A DNA stretch of 46,134 nucleotides from a virus (taxonomy: Duplodnaviria > Caudoviricetes): positions 1 to 46,134 of the IMG/VR virus record IMGVR_UViG_3300028585_000498, one strand, 5' to 3'. Position 1 is the first letter of the stretch. The number at the start of each line of letters is the position of its first letter. Shown piece by piece: positions 35,662 to 44,577 of the stretch. A program made the translations under genes and the position numbers. The notes below the pieces were generated by a model that saw only the letters and a list, made by a program, of their open reading frames with translations, was not told where the DNA came from and did no database searches.

Positions 35662-35704
35662 TGGGCAGTGGTGAGTAGGCCGGGGCTGTCCGGCACCTAC
35701 CCTT
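35662..35704. repeat. 43-bp direct repeat, copy 2
   Basis: 40/43 identical to 34694-34736. Confidence 0.9.
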
Positions 35705-35807
35705 CCCCACCTTTATTCGTCAGCACTTTCCCCTGCGCCCAACGGCAATGAGCAGGCGGTGCCGAGTGCTGACGGATAAACTCAACCCCACCACCGAGGG
35801 ATCAGCC

Positions 35808-36083
35808 ATGCAACCGCAACCACTGATGCAACAGCGCCGGGAAGTTCTCAAAGCCTTGTTTGTTCGCTCCCACGCAGCCCGTGGAGAGTTCGCCCGACTT
35901 GCAGGCCTGGCGGCGCCAGATAAAAAAGTGCGCTTTCAGGTGAAGACGGTCGGCAATGCCTATCACATCGTTGATCTGGTCACCGGAAAGACCAAGGCCT
36001 TCCGCTTCAATTACCAGGTAGCAGTGAACATGGCGATCGCATTCGAAAAGCAGGCGAATCGCTTGGCGGAAGGTGTGCATTGA
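35808..36083 (+). CDS. Early-left hypothetical protein
   Basis: GAGGG SD, phage-like codon usage. Confidence 0.7.
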   Translation: MQPQPLMQQRREVLKALFVRSHAARGEFARLAGLAAPDKKVRFQVKTVGNAYHIVDLVTGKTKAFRFNYQVAVNMAIAFEKQANRLAEGVH

Positions 36084-36385
36084 TCGGTGCACCAATGCCA
36101 AACCCACGAGACCAGTTGCTCGACAACCTGAACCAGCAACTTGATCAGTTCTTCGGTTCCGGCGGTAAGGCTCAGCAAATCCCCAGTGGCGTCACGGGCG
36201 ATCCAAAACTTGCATCCACACCGCACCACGACCGTCTGCGCGTCGAGCGCAACAAGATCCCCCCGAAGGTGCGCGAACTGGCCGAAGCCGGCAAGACCAT
36301 CAGCGAGACGGCCAAGACACTGCACATGCACGTCAAGCGGGTTGCGCTGATCGCCAGCGAGAACGGATTCAAGTTCAACTCATGA
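36080..36385 (+). CDS. Early-left protein with C-terminal HTH
   Basis: FFGSGGK.QQIPSG; GKTISETAKTL. Confidence 0.7.
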   Translation: MIGAPMPNPRDQLLDNLNQQLDQFFGSGGKAQQIPSGVTGDPKLASTPHHDRLRVERNKIPPKVRELAEAGKTISETAKTLHMHVKRVALIASENGFKFNS

Positions 36386-36466
36386 AACGCATCAGTAACC
36401 GGGCGACGACACGCCGCCGACAGACCTGGCTGGACTTGCCGGCTAGCGGAATTGAAGAGGTAGGCC

Positions 36467-36775
36467 ATGGCCAAGAGCAACGTGCAACTGCAGAAGGACA
36501 AGCGAACCAAGGAGAAAGCGCTGCTCGATCGTATCGGCGCCGAGAAGCGCACGCTTATTGTGTCGAATGCACTTGCTGATGCACTTCAGGTACTGGGCGA
36601 GCGCCACGGCTTCGAGGAGTGGCAGGAGACGGTGTCGACGTTCATCATCAATCTGGCTGCCGCGTCAGCCGAAGAGTCGGAACGCTTTGCGAGCATGTCG
36701 CGACCGGAAATTCAAGTTACGGAAAAGTGGTCGCGGAAGCTTGAAGCGTTTGCCGCCTCCGGCGTTGAGGCGTAA
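36467..36775 (+). CDS. Early-left hypothetical protein
   Basis: GAGG SD, 102 aa. Confidence 0.7.
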   Translation: MAKSNVQLQKDKRTKEKALLDRIGAEKRTLIVSNALADALQVLGERHGFEEWQETVSTFIINLAAASAEESERFASMSRPEIQVTEKWSRKLEAFAASGVEA

Positions 36776-36778
36776 ACG

Positions 36779-37486
36779 TTAAAGGTACGACCTGAGTTTG
36801 TGACCAACTAACTCCTCTCCTGTGTATGTTTTGTAAGCAGACTTCACAGCTGCGCTTGCTTCTTCAAGCGTATTGTTTCCATAGTCACCTAGTCCTTTAA
36901 TCATATGCTTAGGCATTTCAAACTCTGCAAAATCAATGATACTTTCGCGAACATGTTTTACTTCAGCTAACAACGAGTACACTTCAGCAGCAGATTTGAA
37001 AAGTTTCGAGTGAGACACCGCCAAATCAGTCATTATTTTTTCAAAAGCGGCTGTGTGAATTTTCCAGAAGAAAGTTTCGTGCACACCCTCTTCGGTCCGA
37101 ACGATAACTCGCTCAGTACCGGACGCTGACTTTTTGTACTCTATCTCTCGTAATGTCGGTTCTTGTAGCTCAAAGCACAAGCGCTTCAGGGCTTTCAGCG
37201 ACCATGCGTTTTTTAAGAGCTCTTCCGCAATAAGAGCTTTGTAAGCTGCTATTTTCCTAGCTTTCTCTCTAGTCTTTTTGACGAACTCAACGATTTCCTT
37301 TACTACAAAAAGAATGATCGCTGCGACAACAGTAATCGGAAATGCATTACTTAAAACAAGCAAATGACTACCAACATTCAAACCTTCCTTCGAGGTCGCA
37401 TAGGTATTGTGCCCCCCAGGAATCACGCCCAAGGCGGAGCAAGCTGTGATAAAAAAAAGAATTGTAATACCTAGCAAATACCGCAT
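36779..37486 (-). CDS. Accessory membrane protein, possible lipoprotein
   Basis: MRYLLGITILFFITA-C signal, second TM, helical domain; AT-rich; TTGTGA-17-TATGAT upstream. Confidence 0.75.
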   Translation of the reverse strand: MRYLLGITILFFITACSALGVIPGGHNTYATSKEGLNVGSHLLVLSNAFPITVVAAIILFVVKEIVEFVKKTREKARKIAAYKALIAEELLKNAWSLKALKRLCFELQEPTLREIEYKKSASGTERVIVRTEEGVHETFFWKIHTAAFEKIMTDLAVSHSKLFKSAAEVYSLLAEVKHVRESIIDFAEFEMPKHMIKGLGDYGNNTLEEASAAVKSAYKTYTGEELVGHKLRSYL

Positions 37487-37603
37487 TTGTTGCATCCCTT
37501 CCTTGATCAATGGCGAATCATAGCCATCACTGTGCCACTTCACAAATTTTCGAAACTGCCATCCTCCGCTCACGGAGGCCGGCACCTCTGACTGGAGAAA
37601 TCC

Positions 37604-37800
37604 ATGAACAACAACCGCGCTTACGTCAGGCATCACAATCAGGTGCCCGCCGAAATCGGCCGCCGCGTCATCGACAATGGAATGCCCAGCGCCCAACTGG
37701 CCGATCGTGACAATTACATCGGTGTAGTGCTGAATGCCTGAAGAAGCGGATTACCAATTACCACCCACTCATGAAATGCAGTGCGGCGAAATGGGCGTGG
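37604..37800 (+). pseudogene. Degraded phage hypothetical gene
   Basis: GGAG SD; MNNNRAYVRHHNQVPAEIGRRVI..YIGVVL, stop at 37739, out-of-frame KKRITNYHP follows. Confidence 0.45.
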
Positions 37801-37920
37801 CGCGTCTGCTCAATCAACCTAAAGCCTTTTAACACTCAAGACACGGGCCGCTGCCTGATCCTCCTGTGTTGCTCGCCGGTATTCACATGACGAGCACCAA
37901 CAAATGACAAGTACCGCAAT

Positions 37921-38463
37921 TCATAAGGTTGGGGAAACCCTGTAATGCAGTTGAAAATTCAGAAGATCTGCTTTGAGTCGCTCCGCAGCCGAATGGATAG
38001 CATTAATCCGAGCAGAATTATCATTTACCTTGGCTCTTATATCTGCAACTAGCCCAATCGACTCCTCCCTAATCGAAGCAAGATTGGTAAAAATTTCGCT
38101 GTATGCCAGAACCGCTAAATGATCTCCTAGCTCATGCATTGGAATTGCGGCCAAAGAATCAAGCGAAAATTTATTAACAGACGAAAATTTATCCTCCCAG
38201 GCTGACACATAGCGCCATAGCACTTTAATCGAACCAAGATAATTGGATAGTGCTTGACCTTGTTGCGCAGCAAATTCTACAACCGCCAAGCACGACTTTC
38301 TCTTATTTTGAGCTTCGAGATCCCGCTGGCGAGTGCCAGACTTAGTTTGATGAACACCAATTGCCACTGCGGTGAGGATAGCCCCTATCGAACCTATCGC
38401 CTGAACCCAAGACGCAAGCCCTGGATGATGCTCAATCCAGTAAGAAACGCATTCCCAGCTCAT
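37921..38463 (-). CDS. Accessory membrane protein (WVQAIGSI motif)
   Basis: AGGAG SD; N-terminal TM; AT-rich. Confidence 0.78.
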   Translation of the reverse strand: MSWECVSYWIEHHPGLASWVQAIGSIGAILTAVAIGVHQTKSGTRQRDLEAQNKRKSCLAVVEFAAQQGQALSNYLGSIKVLWRYVSAWEDKFSSVNKFSLDSLAAIPMHELGDHLAVLAYSEIFTNLASIREESIGLVADIRAKVNDNSARINAIHSAAERLKADLLNFQLHYRVSPTL

Positions 38464-38563
38464 TGCTACTCCTAATTCCGGCCCCATGCCGGGCCGAACA
38501 CAAATACCCCAATTCTACGAATCACACCAGCCGGCGAGGCAGGCGTATGCCTGGAGAATGCTT

Positions 38564-38962
38564 ATGAGGACTTTCGCTGTGTTTGGAATGACCATTGATG
38601 TCGCCACCGCCGAGGCGCGCAAGAAAACGAGCGGCACCCGCAAGAACCTCAAGGCTCCTGGCGGCGTCGAGCCAATTCCGGAAGCTGAGTGGCTGGAGAT
38701 GGTTCGAAAGCGTGCTGAGAAGATCATGGGTGGGGCTACGGTACGTCAGCTTTCGCCCCTGTTCGATGCGACGCAGTACGCTGAGCAGTTCATGGACCTG
38801 GCTCGAAAGACTTTGCGCTGTCGTGACTTGAAGATTCGGGCAAAGGCGGTGCTGACCGACGCCAAAGGAAAGCCGATCCTCAATCCGAAAACCAAGGTGC
38901 CAAAGATTGGTTTTTCCGAGTGGCCACAGAAACCTATTGAGCAGCAAGAGCAGGCGGCGTGA
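38564..38962 (+). CDS. Early-left hypothetical protein
   Basis: GGAG SD, basic 132-aa ORF. Confidence 0.7.
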   Translation: MRTFAVFGMTIDVATAEARKKTSGTRKNLKAPGGVEPIPEAEWLEMVRKRAEKIMGGATVRQLSPLFDATQYAEQFMDLARKTLRCRDLKIRAKAVLTDAKGKPILNPKTKVPKIGFSEWPQKPIEQQEQAA

Positions 38963-38977
38963 CCCGCCCTCATCATC

Positions 38978-39805
38978 TCACGGAGCTCGATACGGAATTG
39001 AAGATTTGATCACATCAATTTTATGTTTAAAGTTATGAATCGTCACTTCACGCTTTAAATGCAACTTTTCTACAAAAGCTTTCATAGAGATGTAAGCAAG
39101 TTCCTGGTCGCGCATTGGCCCGATATGAATTGCTCGAATACTTTCGAAGGGCAAATCGGCCTTAACATAAGGAATGAGAATATTTCCTCTGGCTCGAAAC
39201 TCAACATCAAGTCCGTTTTCAATTTCAGGATCAATGTCGTGCCCAAGGATAACCCTTACCTCCTGTTCCTCTGAAAAACTCTCATGCTTAAATGTGGCAA
39301 CCAACCCAATGATCTCGGAGAAAGCTTCATAACCTTCTTGGTCCAAAAATCCAGAGTTGATCGACATATCTTTCGCGATAGTAATCAAACTTGAAAGCAC
39401 TTTATCAGATGCCTGATCCAACTTTATATCATCGTCATATACACACCTAAAAAGCTCCTGAGGAACATAATCGGCATCGAACTCAATGGAGTATGAACCG
39501 TAGGCCCTCCACTGGCTTAAAAGATCACCCTCCTGAGTAAACGATCCTATAAAAATTGGCCGATTATCTATTCCGTAACCAGCTTTTCCAACAAGACCAC
39601 TCTCGACATAGTTAGCCGCATCCTCAAAAAACTCGTGCGGATGTGGGAAATTTGCCACTCGATGCCTCATATATTCCACAAGCATGGAGATTCCATTGTG
39701 CATCTCTTCTGAGTCATTCAGATAGCGAACGTCGGTCAACCACATCTGTTCATGCTCAAGAATCGACTTAACCGCAGTTACATCGGTGTAGTGAAAGATT
39801 TTCAA
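38978..39805 (-). CDS. DUF2971-like protein
   Basis: FHYT, LNDSEE, DLLSQWRAYG, KHESFSEEQEVR, IHIGP. Confidence 0.8.
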   Translation of the reverse strand: MKIFHYTDVTAVKSILEHEQMWLTDVRYLNDSEEMHNGISMLVEYMRHRVANFPHPHEFFEDAANYVESGLVGKAGYGIDNRPIFIGSFTQEGDLLSQWRAYGSYSIEFDADYVPQELFRCVYDDDIKLDQASDKVLSSLITIAKDMSINSGFLDQEGYEAFSEIIGLVATFKHESFSEEQEVRVILGHDIDPEIENGLDVEFRARGNILIPYVKADLPFESIRAIHIGPMRDQELAYISMKAFVEKLHLKREVTIHNFKHKIDVIKSSIPYRAP

Positions 39806-39856
39806 GTTATGCCATCCATGATTTTAATCAAACCAATATACCGGCGAGAAGCCATC

Positions 39857-40000
39857 ATGCCCATCACCTACGAAAGCGTGTGCAGCGGCATAGAAGCCGC
39901 GACACAGCCCTGGCACTCGCTTGGCATGCGCGCCGCCTGCTTCGCCGAGATGAGCCAGCATTTCGCTATTGCGTCATCCGCCCGGGCGAGCGAGCATTGA
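39857..40000 (+). pseudogene. Truncated C5-cytosine DNA methyltransferase (motif I stub)
   Basis: MPITYESVCSGIEAATQPWHSLGMRAACFAE resembles phage Dcm N-termini (SVCSGIEA..FAEI); ends after 47 codons. Confidence 0.7.
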
Positions 40001-40037
40001 CCATCTGATGAATGCTGCTGCCCACAAGGACGTTTCT

Positions 40038-41138
40038 TTGAAAATCCCCGCGGTAAAAAAAGAAAAGCTAGACCAAGCTCTAAAACAGTTCGATGAGAAG
40101 TTTCGCGGCGCCCCCGAGTGGAAAGGCTGGACTGAAAACCAAGCGCATCGCTACGCAATCAGCGCGAACAGCACTTTATACCCTGCAAAAAAAATAGTTT
40201 CTTTGGCCACTGGAACCCCGGTAGGACTGTTTTCAGGTGGTCAGCCCACCAACGGATATTTGAAGCGGCACGGGTTCACAATCGTTGAGCTGCAACGGTC
40301 AACTGATCAAGAGCTGCGCTTTGTGGCGGGTCAGGTTTATGACCGGCAAACTGAGATTCACGATTTGTTCGGAGGCAGTCACCAGAGCGGAATTGCTCCC
40401 TCAGCGCAGGCCCCAGCGGTATTCATTTTCACCGGCGACTCAGGTGGTCAGTACGGATACACCGACTCTCATAGCGAAGAGCAAGTTTTCAGCTACACAG
40501 GCGAAGGCCAGGTCGGTGATATGACTCTGACTAAAGGAAACCTGGCAATTCTCGAGCATTCGAAGCAGGGGAAAGCGCTGCATGTTTTCGAGATACTCGG
40601 CAAAAGTTTAGGCCAGAAGTACCTCGGTGAATACACGTGTGCGAGCCATGAATGGCGCCGCGGCCCTGACAAGTTTGGCAACGACAGGGCAATAGTTGTT
40701 TTCAACCTAGTCCCTGTAGGGCTCGAGCTCGACTTCCCTATGTTCTCAGGAGAAGACGAAGCTCCAGATCCAACTATGTCACTTGCCGAGGCGAGAAAGC
40801 GCGCTCTTGCGGCTGCGGAAGCAGGATCTGCTGGAGAAAGCGGGTCGGCACGCAGAACCGTATATCGTCGCAGCAGAACTATCTCCAATTACGTTTTAAA
40901 GAGAGCCGCCGGAAACTGTGAGAGCTGTAAGAAAGCGGCCCCTTTCATGAAGACAAACGGCTCACCATACCTAGAGCCGCACCACGTGAATCGATTATCG
41001 GATGGCGGCCTAGACCATCCACGTTACATAGGTGCCATCTGCCCCGCCTGCCATCGCGAAATTCACCACGGGTTGCACGGAATGGTGAAGAACGAAGCGT
41101 TGAAGACTTACGTGGCCAGTATTGAGCCGAAGTCGTAA
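40038..41138 (+). CDS. SRA-HNH modification-dependent (type IV, McrA-like) restriction endonuclease
   Basis: Head domain YPAK..FSGG..GF; SRA-like GG..QSGI..Y.D..YTGEGQ.GD..GN; HNH CESC..LEPHH..GG.D..CPACHREIH; start TTG 40038 after AAGGA, or ATG 40008. Confidence 0.82.
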   Translation: MKIPAVKKEKLDQALKQFDEKFRGAPEWKGWTENQAHRYAISANSTLYPAKKIVSLATGTPVGLFSGGQPTNGYLKRHGFTIVELQRSTDQELRFVAGQVYDRQTEIHDLFGGSHQSGIAPSAQAPAVFIFTGDSGGQYGYTDSHSEEQVFSYTGEGQVGDMTLTKGNLAILEHSKQGKALHVFEILGKSLGQKYLGEYTCASHEWRRGPDKFGNDRAIVVFNLVPVGLELDFPMFSGEDEAPDPTMSLAEARKRALAAAEAGSAGESGSARRTVYRRSRTISNYVLKRAAGNCESCKKAAPFMKTNGSPYLEPHHVNRLSDGGLDHPRYIGAICPACHREIHHGLHGMVKNEALKTYVASIEPKS

Positions 41139-41187
41139 GTATTTCGTATACGCGGTGCGGCGCGCAGCCTCACCGGCCGTACATAAC

Positions 41188-41439
41188 TCACGCTATCAAC
41201 TGGTGGAAGGTTGCTCCGATCCGGTCGATCGCCGCAACACTACCTGATTTTGAATGGACCGCAATAAAGTGCCGCACACGCTCAACATTGAACCGTAGTT
41301 TCGACTGTTCCATCTCTCGAAGCAGCGTACGATTGACTGAGTAGAACCCACAGTCCGGGCATTTGAAGTCAACAAAGTGTCCAACCTGATAACCCTCCTC
41401 AGCTTGTCCCCTACATATAACGCAGACAGTAACGCCCAT
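41188..41439 (-). CDS. Accessory zinc-ribbon protein
   Basis: CVIC and CPDCG motifs; AAGGAG SD. Confidence 0.7.
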   Translation of the reverse strand: MGVTVCVICRGQAEEGYQVGHFVDFKCPDCGFYSVNRTLLREMEQSKLRFNVERVRHFIAVHSKSGSVAAIDRIGATFHQLIA

Positions 41440-41525
41440 ACCAATCTCCTTTGGCTGATAGCTGAACTGTAGCTGATTTCTTACTAACCTCCACCGTCCG
41501 GGCATGCCCCGGCATAGGACGCCCC

Positions 41526-41957
41526 ATGCCCAAAGAAAACAAACTCGCTCTGAAGCGCCAGCGCGTTGAGCACGTCAACCAGGCAATCCGGATCATCGCC
41601 GACCAGGGCCGCCGGTTCTTCTACAGCAAGGCGGTGAATCGCTACGCCAGCATGGAGGTCGACCAGCGGGGCAAGGTATGGTTCATCGACGATTACACCG
41701 GAAAGCGGATCTTCACGCACGAGACGGTGTGGGGCAGCCAGTGGCGCGGCTTCAGTCACGGCGGTACTCTGCGCAACGTAGTCGAAGCCTTTCGCGATTA
41801 CATCCGAACCGGTGAGCCCGTGCACCCTGGCTATCTCGGCCCGGAGCGGTTCGATTACAGCAATATCTGGGGCTATGACGAAACGGGCATTACGGCTGCG
41901 CGCGCGCAGGCCAGCGCCCTTTCCGTCTTCCGTCAGGCAGTCATGGTGGCCTCATAA
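41526..41957 (+). CDS. Early-left hypothetical protein
   Basis: 143 aa, AGGA SD, WRGFSHGGTL. Confidence 0.75.
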   Translation: MPKENKLALKRQRVEHVNQAIRIIADQGRRFFYSKAVNRYASMEVDQRGKVWFIDDYTGKRIFTHETVWGSQWRGFSHGGTLRNVVEAFRDYIRTGEPVHPGYLGPERFDYSNIWGYDETGITAARAQASALSVFRQAVMVAS

Positions 41958-42012
41958 AGCTAATTACGCTTGAGCGAGATAGCCGCTATTAGACATAAAC
42001 AGCTAAATGCAT

Positions 42013-42735
42013 CTAAGTGTCTTTAGTTGGGATAAACGCAATTTGTGCTATCGACGTACCGGCACTGGAGACGTTTACCTTCATACAGAAATTGTCGACC
42101 CGAGTTAGCCCACCACCATATTTGTATTTCAGACAAAAATCATAATTCTTATCATCGATGGGGAGGTGATGCCGTAGAGTACTCGAACCACCATCTTCCA
42201 TGGCCAAATACTGTGCCACTAGTTTACCGCCTAGAATGACTTCAACGTCTTCTGCAAGCCCTCCTAGATTTCTCAACATAATTGAGACATTCAATTGAGA
42301 GTTAGCGGTTGGGACAGAGGCCGCAACTTTGAAATTAGGAAGCAAAGAATTTTTTCTTTGTTCCCTTTCATGAAGTATTTTCTCGAGTTCAGCTTCTAGC
42401 TGCCTTCCAGCAATGCCCACCATCTCTTTTTGCTGATCCACTGAGTGCCTAAGCTCTTCAGCCTGCAGCTGTAATGCTTTCGAGCTTAGCTTCAATTCCC
42501 GCCCCTGTTGCACATACCCCAATACCAACCACAAAAAAGCAACAGGCCCGAAAACACCCGCAGAGAGGTCACCAATTTCATTCAGCTTGAGCAATATGAG
42601 TTCATCAAATCTCGCACCAATAATTGTGAAGGCTCCACCTACGTATAGCGCCGTCAAATGTGAAGCCCACCACTCTAGGCTTTGACTGCGCCACCATGTA
42701 GCCTGATCAATCAAGTAGTTCCGTAAGCGATTCAA
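42013..42735 (-). CDS. Accessory 2-TM plus coiled-coil plus beta-domain protein
   Basis: LNEIGDLSAGVFGPVAFLWLVLGYVQQ..EL; AT-rich. Confidence 0.75.
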   Translation of the reverse strand: MNRLRNYLIDQATWWRSQSLEWWASHLTALYVGGAFTIIGARFDELILLKLNEIGDLSAGVFGPVAFLWLVLGYVQQGRELKLSSKALQLQAEELRHSVDQQKEMVGIAGRQLEAELEKILHEREQRKNSLLPNFKVAASVPTANSQLNVSIMLRNLGGLAEDVEVILGGKLVAQYLAMEDGGSSTLRHHLPIDDKNYDFCLKYKYGGGLTRVDNFCMKVNVSSAGTSIAQIAFIPTKDT

Positions 42736-42856
42736 CGAAGTCTTCCTTGCAAAAATTCAACCCCCACTTTAACAAAAAAATCAAGTAAACATCAGAGCAC
42801 GTAGTAGCTCCCCCCTCCCCCTTCAAAGTCAGCCGCTATAGCGGCAAGGAACCCCT

Positions 42857-43351
42857 ATGCTCGATGAAAACATTCACCACTCACTGAACACGCTCACTGC
42901 AAGCCAGATGGCAAAACTGCTGGTGATGCATCACGGAATCGATGCTTTCAGCTACAAGTACGACAGCCTGCGCGATGAACCAAATAGCCTCGCTACGCTT
43001 GAAGATTTGGCGTCCATGTCCGGCGAAGATCTGGATCAGCTTTACGATGAGAGCTCGCACGATGACGCGGTAAACGAGGTGCGTTACAGCGCAGTGGACG
43101 CCCCCGGAGTTCCGTCTTGGTGCCACTACAGTTGGGAGCGCAACTACGAGGTCGATGTGAAGGCCTTCATCCTGCCCGATGGCCGGGCTCTCGCCTTTTG
43201 TGAGATGAGCGGCGGCGGCAAACACGGCGAGCCTGACGCCTACCCTTGGGTTGAAGAGGCCAAATTCCTCAAGGTCTCCGGCGTGGAAGAGCGCGTCATC
43301 AAGACTTACAAGTTCGAGGATATTCCTGAAACCTCAGAGGTGGCGCCATGA
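42857..43351 (+). CDS. Early-left hypothetical protein
   Basis: AAGGA SD; GGGKHGEP motif. Confidence 0.75.
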   Translation: MLDENIHHSLNTLTASQMAKLLVMHHGIDAFSYKYDSLRDEPNSLATLEDLASMSGEDLDQLYDESSHDDAVNEVRYSAVDAPGVPSWCHYSWERNYEVDVKAFILPDGRALAFCEMSGGGKHGEPDAYPWVEEAKFLKVSGVEERVIKTYKFEDIPETSEVAP

Positions 43352-43404
43352 TCTCCGCCCCGCTCTACATGGCCTACCTCATCTACAGGGGGCCGTGGCG
43401 ATGA
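43348..43404 (+). CDS. 18-aa hydrophobic micro-ORF
   Basis: MISAPLYMAYLIYRGPWR, ATGA-coupled at both ends, GAGG SD. Confidence 0.4.
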   Translation: MISAPLYMAYLIYRGPWR

Positions 43405-43442
43405 CTAAACAGATCACATCGCATTCGGCGATTGCGTCTAGC

Positions 43443-43949
43443 TCATAACCCTGATCGATCCCGACGAAACATCTCATGTAATTTTGCTGCTTCGATCCCC
43501 TCTCGCATACTTGGAAATCGCATCGCCCACTGCCCTAGCAGCTGAACAAAGATTGTGTGAAGGTCGAGGCTTTCAGCACTTATCTCAATGCACAAAGCCC
43601 GCAGGTCAATTTTCTGCTGATTATTAATATTTCCCGGCCAGCCTGTTTGCTCATGAATGCGATGCACGACGGTGTGGCGCTTCTGAATTAGCTCAAGAAC
43701 CCTCTCTTCAAGCTGGGCAATAGGCTCCACATCGGACAACTCTTTTAAAAGAGCTTTCACTGGTTGCTTAAGTGCCTTCGAGGCGTTAATCGGAACAACA
43801 TCTTCGATCGTAAGGGCGTTCCCCTGCTTAATTGCCAGCCTGGAAGCCATTATAAAAATATTTTCAAACTGCTGCGCACTGACAACTGCCATTCCGATTG
43901 ACTCGTAAATTTGACCATCAGTTATTTCCGAAGCGTCTGCACCGCCCAT
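43443..43949 (-). CDS. Accessory all-helical protein with HEPN-like RxxxxH motif
   Basis: IG....AQQFE N-terminal helix and KRHTVVH; AAGGAG SD. Confidence 0.65.
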   Translation of the reverse strand: MGGADASEITDGQIYESIGMAVVSAQQFENIFIMASRLAIKQGNALTIEDVVPINASKALKQPVKALLKELSDVEPIAQLEERVLELIQKRHTVVHRIHEQTGWPGNINNQQKIDLRALCIEISAESLDLHTIFVQLLGQWAMRFPSMREGIEAAKLHEMFRRDRSGL

Positions 43950-44037
43950 ACGAAGATCTCCTTCAATCAAGCTTCAAAAGCGCTTTTTAAAACCTTAGCC
44001 TTTAGATCCGCCATTGTACGGCGGGTGAGGAATTCTC

Positions 44038-44532
44038 ATGTCCGCATTAAACCGATTCCACGAAACAGCAAGCGATGCGCTGGAGAAAATCCGCGCCAGC
44101 TTGCCTTCCGGCGCCAAGCTTTGCCTGACCATCTACACCCCCGAAGAACCAGAACTCGACATCGTTTTCCAGGACGATGGGCTCGACCTGAACGAGGTGG
44201 TTTCCACCCTACGCCGGCGTGGCCTAAGCATCGACGGCGACAACGCCTACAAGCGTGATCTGTGTGACGTGATCGTTGGGTCCTTGGCCGTCGGCGCACA
44301 GAACGGCTCCCCACCACCTGCCGATCATTGGGCGCAGCGATTCTTCGATATCGGCCGCGAAGAGCGCGGACTGCACGAAGAGCTGGTCAGCGCGCTGAAA
44401 CTCAACCGCGAGAACCTGCGCGCATGCCAGGCAACCATCCACCTGGTCGGCGGGTTCGATCCTGCCTACGTGAACGATGCCCAGGAAGCTATGGCAATCG
44501 CCGACGCGGTTCTGGCAAAGGCTGGCGAATAA
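44038..44532 (+). CDS. Early-left hypothetical protein
   Basis: GAGGA SD, 164 aa. Confidence 0.72.
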   Translation: MSALNRFHETASDALEKIRASLPSGAKLCLTIYTPEEPELDIVFQDDGLDLNEVVSTLRRRGLSIDGDNAYKRDLCDVIVGSLAVGAQNGSPPPADHWAQRFFDIGREERGLHEELVSALKLNRENLRACQATIHLVGGFDPAYVNDAQEAMAIADAVLAKAGE

Positions 44533-44577
44533 CTCCCCCCACCTTCTGCCGCCACGCGCGGCATGGAGCAATAGCTT

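Noticed and set aside
34694-35704. 43-bp repeats as a CRISPR array or IS ends
   Set aside because: Only two direct copies 968 bp apart; no transposase or inverted termini
36382-36579. 65-aa ORF MKRISNR..
   Set aside because: Mostly overlaps 36467-36775 in another frame; may be real in its first 30 codons but cannot be supported
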